DNA of 64,000 nucleotides from Haplodiscus bocki (Eukaryota): NCBI GenBank assembly GCA_965655095.1, contig OZ296649.1, positions 112,840,001 to 112,904,000 of the forward strand, read 5' to 3'. Shown piece by piece: positions 60,175 to 64,000 of this stretch (position 1 is its first letter; each line of letters starts with the position of its first letter). The notes under the pieces were generated by a model. It saw only the letters and a program-made list of their open reading frames with translations, ran no database searches and was not told where the DNA came from. The position numbers and the translations under genes were made by a program.

Positions 60175-63100
60175 GTTAGCTCAATCTTCATTTAATTGTA
60201 GTTAAACACTCACGTGATCTGTAAATCTATTAGTAACGGGGTTCTCCTTCTATTTAGATACACAATATATACTAGGTGATCCCAAAAAACGGTACGCACA
60301 AAATTTTCAAATTGCAAAATAGGTGCTAAACGTAAGCAAGACGTCGAACTGTCGTGTAAGACTTTGTATCTGTTCTAGCAGTCATCTGATTTGACAACTT
60401 CTTCGCTTAGCAAAATTTGAACGAGCACTTTCAGGTTCAGATTATGAAAGTGGTCCCGTCTAATCTGACCAACTTTCATTTTGATTCTTGAAATACACGT
60501 TACAGTTTTTCGTGATTCACAAGTCGCATCTCAAAGTTCTGAGACCATGATGACAGCTTGTTGACAAATACCTGCTTCTATGATATACAAGTACCGTTTT
60601 TAACGGCCTCTTTGTATTTAAGTCTTTCAGTAACCTCAGAATGATTTGCTCATACAAAATAGGCCCATGAGATCGCTCAGGTGGGCGTTGTCTTTTGTGT
60701 CTATGTAAATGGTAGACAGAGGAATATCATTCACTCGCTATCGTCGATAACCTTCTTAAAACCAAATTTTGTCATTTGAAAATTTTGAAAATTCTCAGTG
60801 TCTGGTGGAAGTTAAGACAAAGATCTTTCTAGCACTAAACGCGCGCGTGAATCTCAGCTTGTCCATTAAAATTTCACGTTAAAGTTAAAGTTTGTTCAGC
60901 GCAAAGAGTAAAAGACAACAGGATTCTGGATCTATCGCTAATGGTTCAATACCCAGCTTTTGCGTTTTTACACTATTTATTACGCTTTTGAAATTTTTAT
61001 CCTTTCCTCAACATTAATCTGTGACTTAAAATCTTGTTAACTTGAGGCTCAAGATTTTCGACTGAGCAAATTTCTGCGGGGACAAAAAAAAAGAAACTTC
61101 TCTCTGTCCGATTAACCTGATTAGTAGAGACCGCTTTTCGGAAATTATTTCTTATTTTCCAACCAAAGTTTTAGATAAAGAACAGGATTCAAGAACAATC
61201 TGGCGCTAGGAAAACTTACGTTCTAGCTTGATTTTCTTCAGTATTTTCTGCAAAAAGCAGCAATTGTAGTTTTTCTCCGATTTCCAGAATTGTTTTTCTC
61301 CAAAAATATTCATCCGATCCTGACGCTCAATCAAAAACTCATTATTTTTAGTATGGACATAGTGAATTAAGTTCCAGTTATTTATTTTCAATCCTTGAAG
61401 TAAATTTGGAAAAAGTCAGAAAATACAGAATTTAGAGAACAACTTCAATGCTTCGGAGCAGTCGTTCTCAATGTTTGTTCCTTTGATTTTTCACCGAGTC
61501 TTCGATTAAGTAGTAGCCATATTAGATTCAATTTTGAGGAGACTTCATCCATATTTTAATCAATTTCAAAAAAAGAGACCTGAAATTACAACTATTCTTC
61601 AAAATTTTTGATTTTCAAAACCGTTTTTTCAAACAAATTAATCGACTTTGTTAAATCGAGCCACGAATGAAAAACTAATCGCTAGCTACTCAATCAAGTT
61701 TCTATTTTTTGCATTTTAACGTACAGAAAACATTTGAATAAAACTTTTACAAGAAAAGGAGCAGCTCTGAGGCATTTTCCGTTGGCAAAGCTTGAGATAT
61801 GGTTGAAAAAAAAACACTCGTAGTGGACTTCCGAAGCAGAGAAAAAACATGAAAATTTAATCTTAGGTGACTTCTAACAAGTAGAATATGGTCAATTGAG
61901 ACCTTGATAGAAAAAGTCCAGCGGGTAATTTTGTAGGAGACTTGGTGAAAAAATCGGGAAAAAATGAAAAGTGAAGTTTATGGGCTCTTCAACCTACGTC
62001 TTATCCAATGCAATTAATAAAACCTGAAAATTTAGCGTGGAAAACAGTTTTACAAGTGAAAAAAAGTCAATTGAGGCTCTAATGGAAAAAATCAAGCCGG
62101 CAGTTTCGGAGGAAAGGAAACTTGAATGTGAACAAATATCTTTGCTTATCGCATTTTTGCCAATTTTGGCCAGTTCGGCTTCTAATTCCAGTCGGCATAA
62201 AAACACAACGTGATCATGAAAAAAATTTCAGCAAACTAGCAGTTGTTGGTTCTTGTTCTGGAGGAAGAAATCCAACAAAAGATATTTGATTTTATGGAGT
62301 CTGAGCAGATTGAACGATCTTCGAAAAATAGTAATTTCTTTGACTTTTGGGATATCAAAATGCGAGTTCATGGAACAAAAACCACAAACTTTTTCTGATG
62401 TTCTTCTTGAACATAGCATTTTATCAATAGAGGATTGGATCGATTAATGAGTCATTAGGATTGGAGAATTCTGAGCATGAAATGAACAATTGTCAAAACT
62501 AGTTTTTATTTGGACAATTCCTGCATCTGAGAAATTCGATACAAAGAGTGCAATTCAACAGGTTAGTATTGCTTGCTTTTTACAAGTTACAAACTGCTGA
62601 TTAAAGCATTGGTAGAAGAAATGAAGTCTTTAGTTCCTGTTCGAGAATTGGTTTTGAAAACCGAGAGATAACAGCTGTTGGCAATTATAAGCTTGTTCGG
62701 TCTATGAGTTCCATTGAAATGATCAAAACGTGACATTTTTGCGTTGAATGCTCTTTCAATTGAAGGATTCCTCATTGAGGCCTCGAAGGAAAAGCTGAAA
62801 CCGGTAAATTTGGAATAAAGTGAGTTTCAAGGTCAAGACAAAAAGAAAATAATGTTTTTCTGTAGCTTTCTTAATCTCAAAGAAATCCGATGAATTTTTG
62901 AAAATCTTGTTTTTACGTAATGATTACTATTTTACTAGTTCTAAATTATCTCGTGAATGCTTGAAGTAAACACAAATGTTATATTTTTTGGGGAAAAACA
63001 ATTTGAAAATTGAGTAGAGTCAAAAATAGTTCCATTTTTTGTTTTATTTGGTTCATGAAATTTCCAATGCAAAAATCAAGTCTGGGAGTTTTTTGTTGAG

Positions 63101-64000
63101 TTCGGCTTCGCAGATCAAAAAAAAACTCAATTGAGGTGCTGATGGATGAAATCAAACAAAAAGTTACGCAGAACAGGGTGGTGTTACACCAATCAAATGC
63201 CTTCTGGCATTATTGAGCTCAAAAAGTTAGACAAGAAGCAAAATTATGATTCGGTATAGAGGTGTTTCTCAGACGGGGAAAACCAATTTTGTTTTAAACT
63301 TTGTTAATATTTTTCCTCTAATCTTTATTTCAGTTATAATATTCAAATTTATTTTCCGATAGATTTTCGGAAATGTTTTGGAGTTTTTCAAGACCCAGTC
63401 AGACTGTTCAATGAGGCTCGAACTTTCAAAACTTGAGAAGTTTTTCCAGCAAAATAACCAGAAAAAATTTCAAAAACAGAACATAAAACATTCTGGTAAC
63501 TTTAGGCTAAATTTTCAAAAGAACTTTACAAAAAAAAATTAATAATTTTGGTCGTGATGATCGAACTCAGGCTTTCGTAATGACCGAACGCTGATGATTG
63601 ACTATCGCTGTCATTAATCACGAAGCTAAAAGACCAAGCAACAATGAAGACTAGGAAGGTACGCGTGATGATCGTTCTGTGAAAGTAACCTGCAATTGTC
63701 TAACGCGCTGAAAAAGGTCTACATGATGAGTTGAAAAGAAAACTTTATTGCGTACGAATCAATATATTCTTGAGTTGATCAGATTTAATTATAATATGGA
63801 TTCAAGTTCGTGCGTGATTTCTCTTCTGGAGAAAAGGGTGTGTTTGCAATCGGAAACCAATGGCTGTAGTCTGATTGCTCACGTTTTTACGCAACCATAT
63901 TGCATATTAAGCATAGAACGGCCCAAGTGTGCGCTGCCCATGAGATACAAAATATCCATGGTGATTTCCTGTCTGGGAATTTTGCCCAAAACTATTGTTT

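Overview
AT-rich eukaryotic (metazoan-like) genomic DNA with spliceosomal introns; the species cannot be determined from the sequence. Two unrelated, env-bearing Ty3/gypsy LTR retroelements dominate the window, and both carry accessory genes like complex retroviruses. Element A (31993-46832) is young and near-intact: 866/865-bp LTRs about 99% identical, TTAT target-site duplication, tRNA-Leu-type PBS. It encodes a small PPxY/transmembrane ORF, two tandem paralogous unknown-domain ORFs, gag, -1-frameshifted pol with a TARG1/OARD1-type macrodomain between RNase H and integrase, an intact class I (F-like) env, five covarying hairpins, and an intact SH3-like/coiled-coil/J-domain (HPD) ORF. Element B (6883-27084) is older, degenerate and internally rearranged, with a GCAA TSD and a 3-kb LTR. 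It encodes gag, pol with a TARG1-type macrodomain placed before RT, an antisense ORF, ORF(s) that appear to share the unknown domain of element A, a chuvirus-like (class III) glycoprotein env, and a TRAF/MATH-domain pseudogene. Both LTRs have non-canonical TA-starting termini and an internal GT-AG intron-like unit. Host features are five exons of a MAP3K19/YSK4-like kinase gene (50240-60174, continuing past the window) and an FN3-like exon at the left edge. There are also DNA-transposon relics/MITEs, a third degenerate gypsy fragment and a 200-N gap. All domain assignments are by-eye motif recognition, not database searches.
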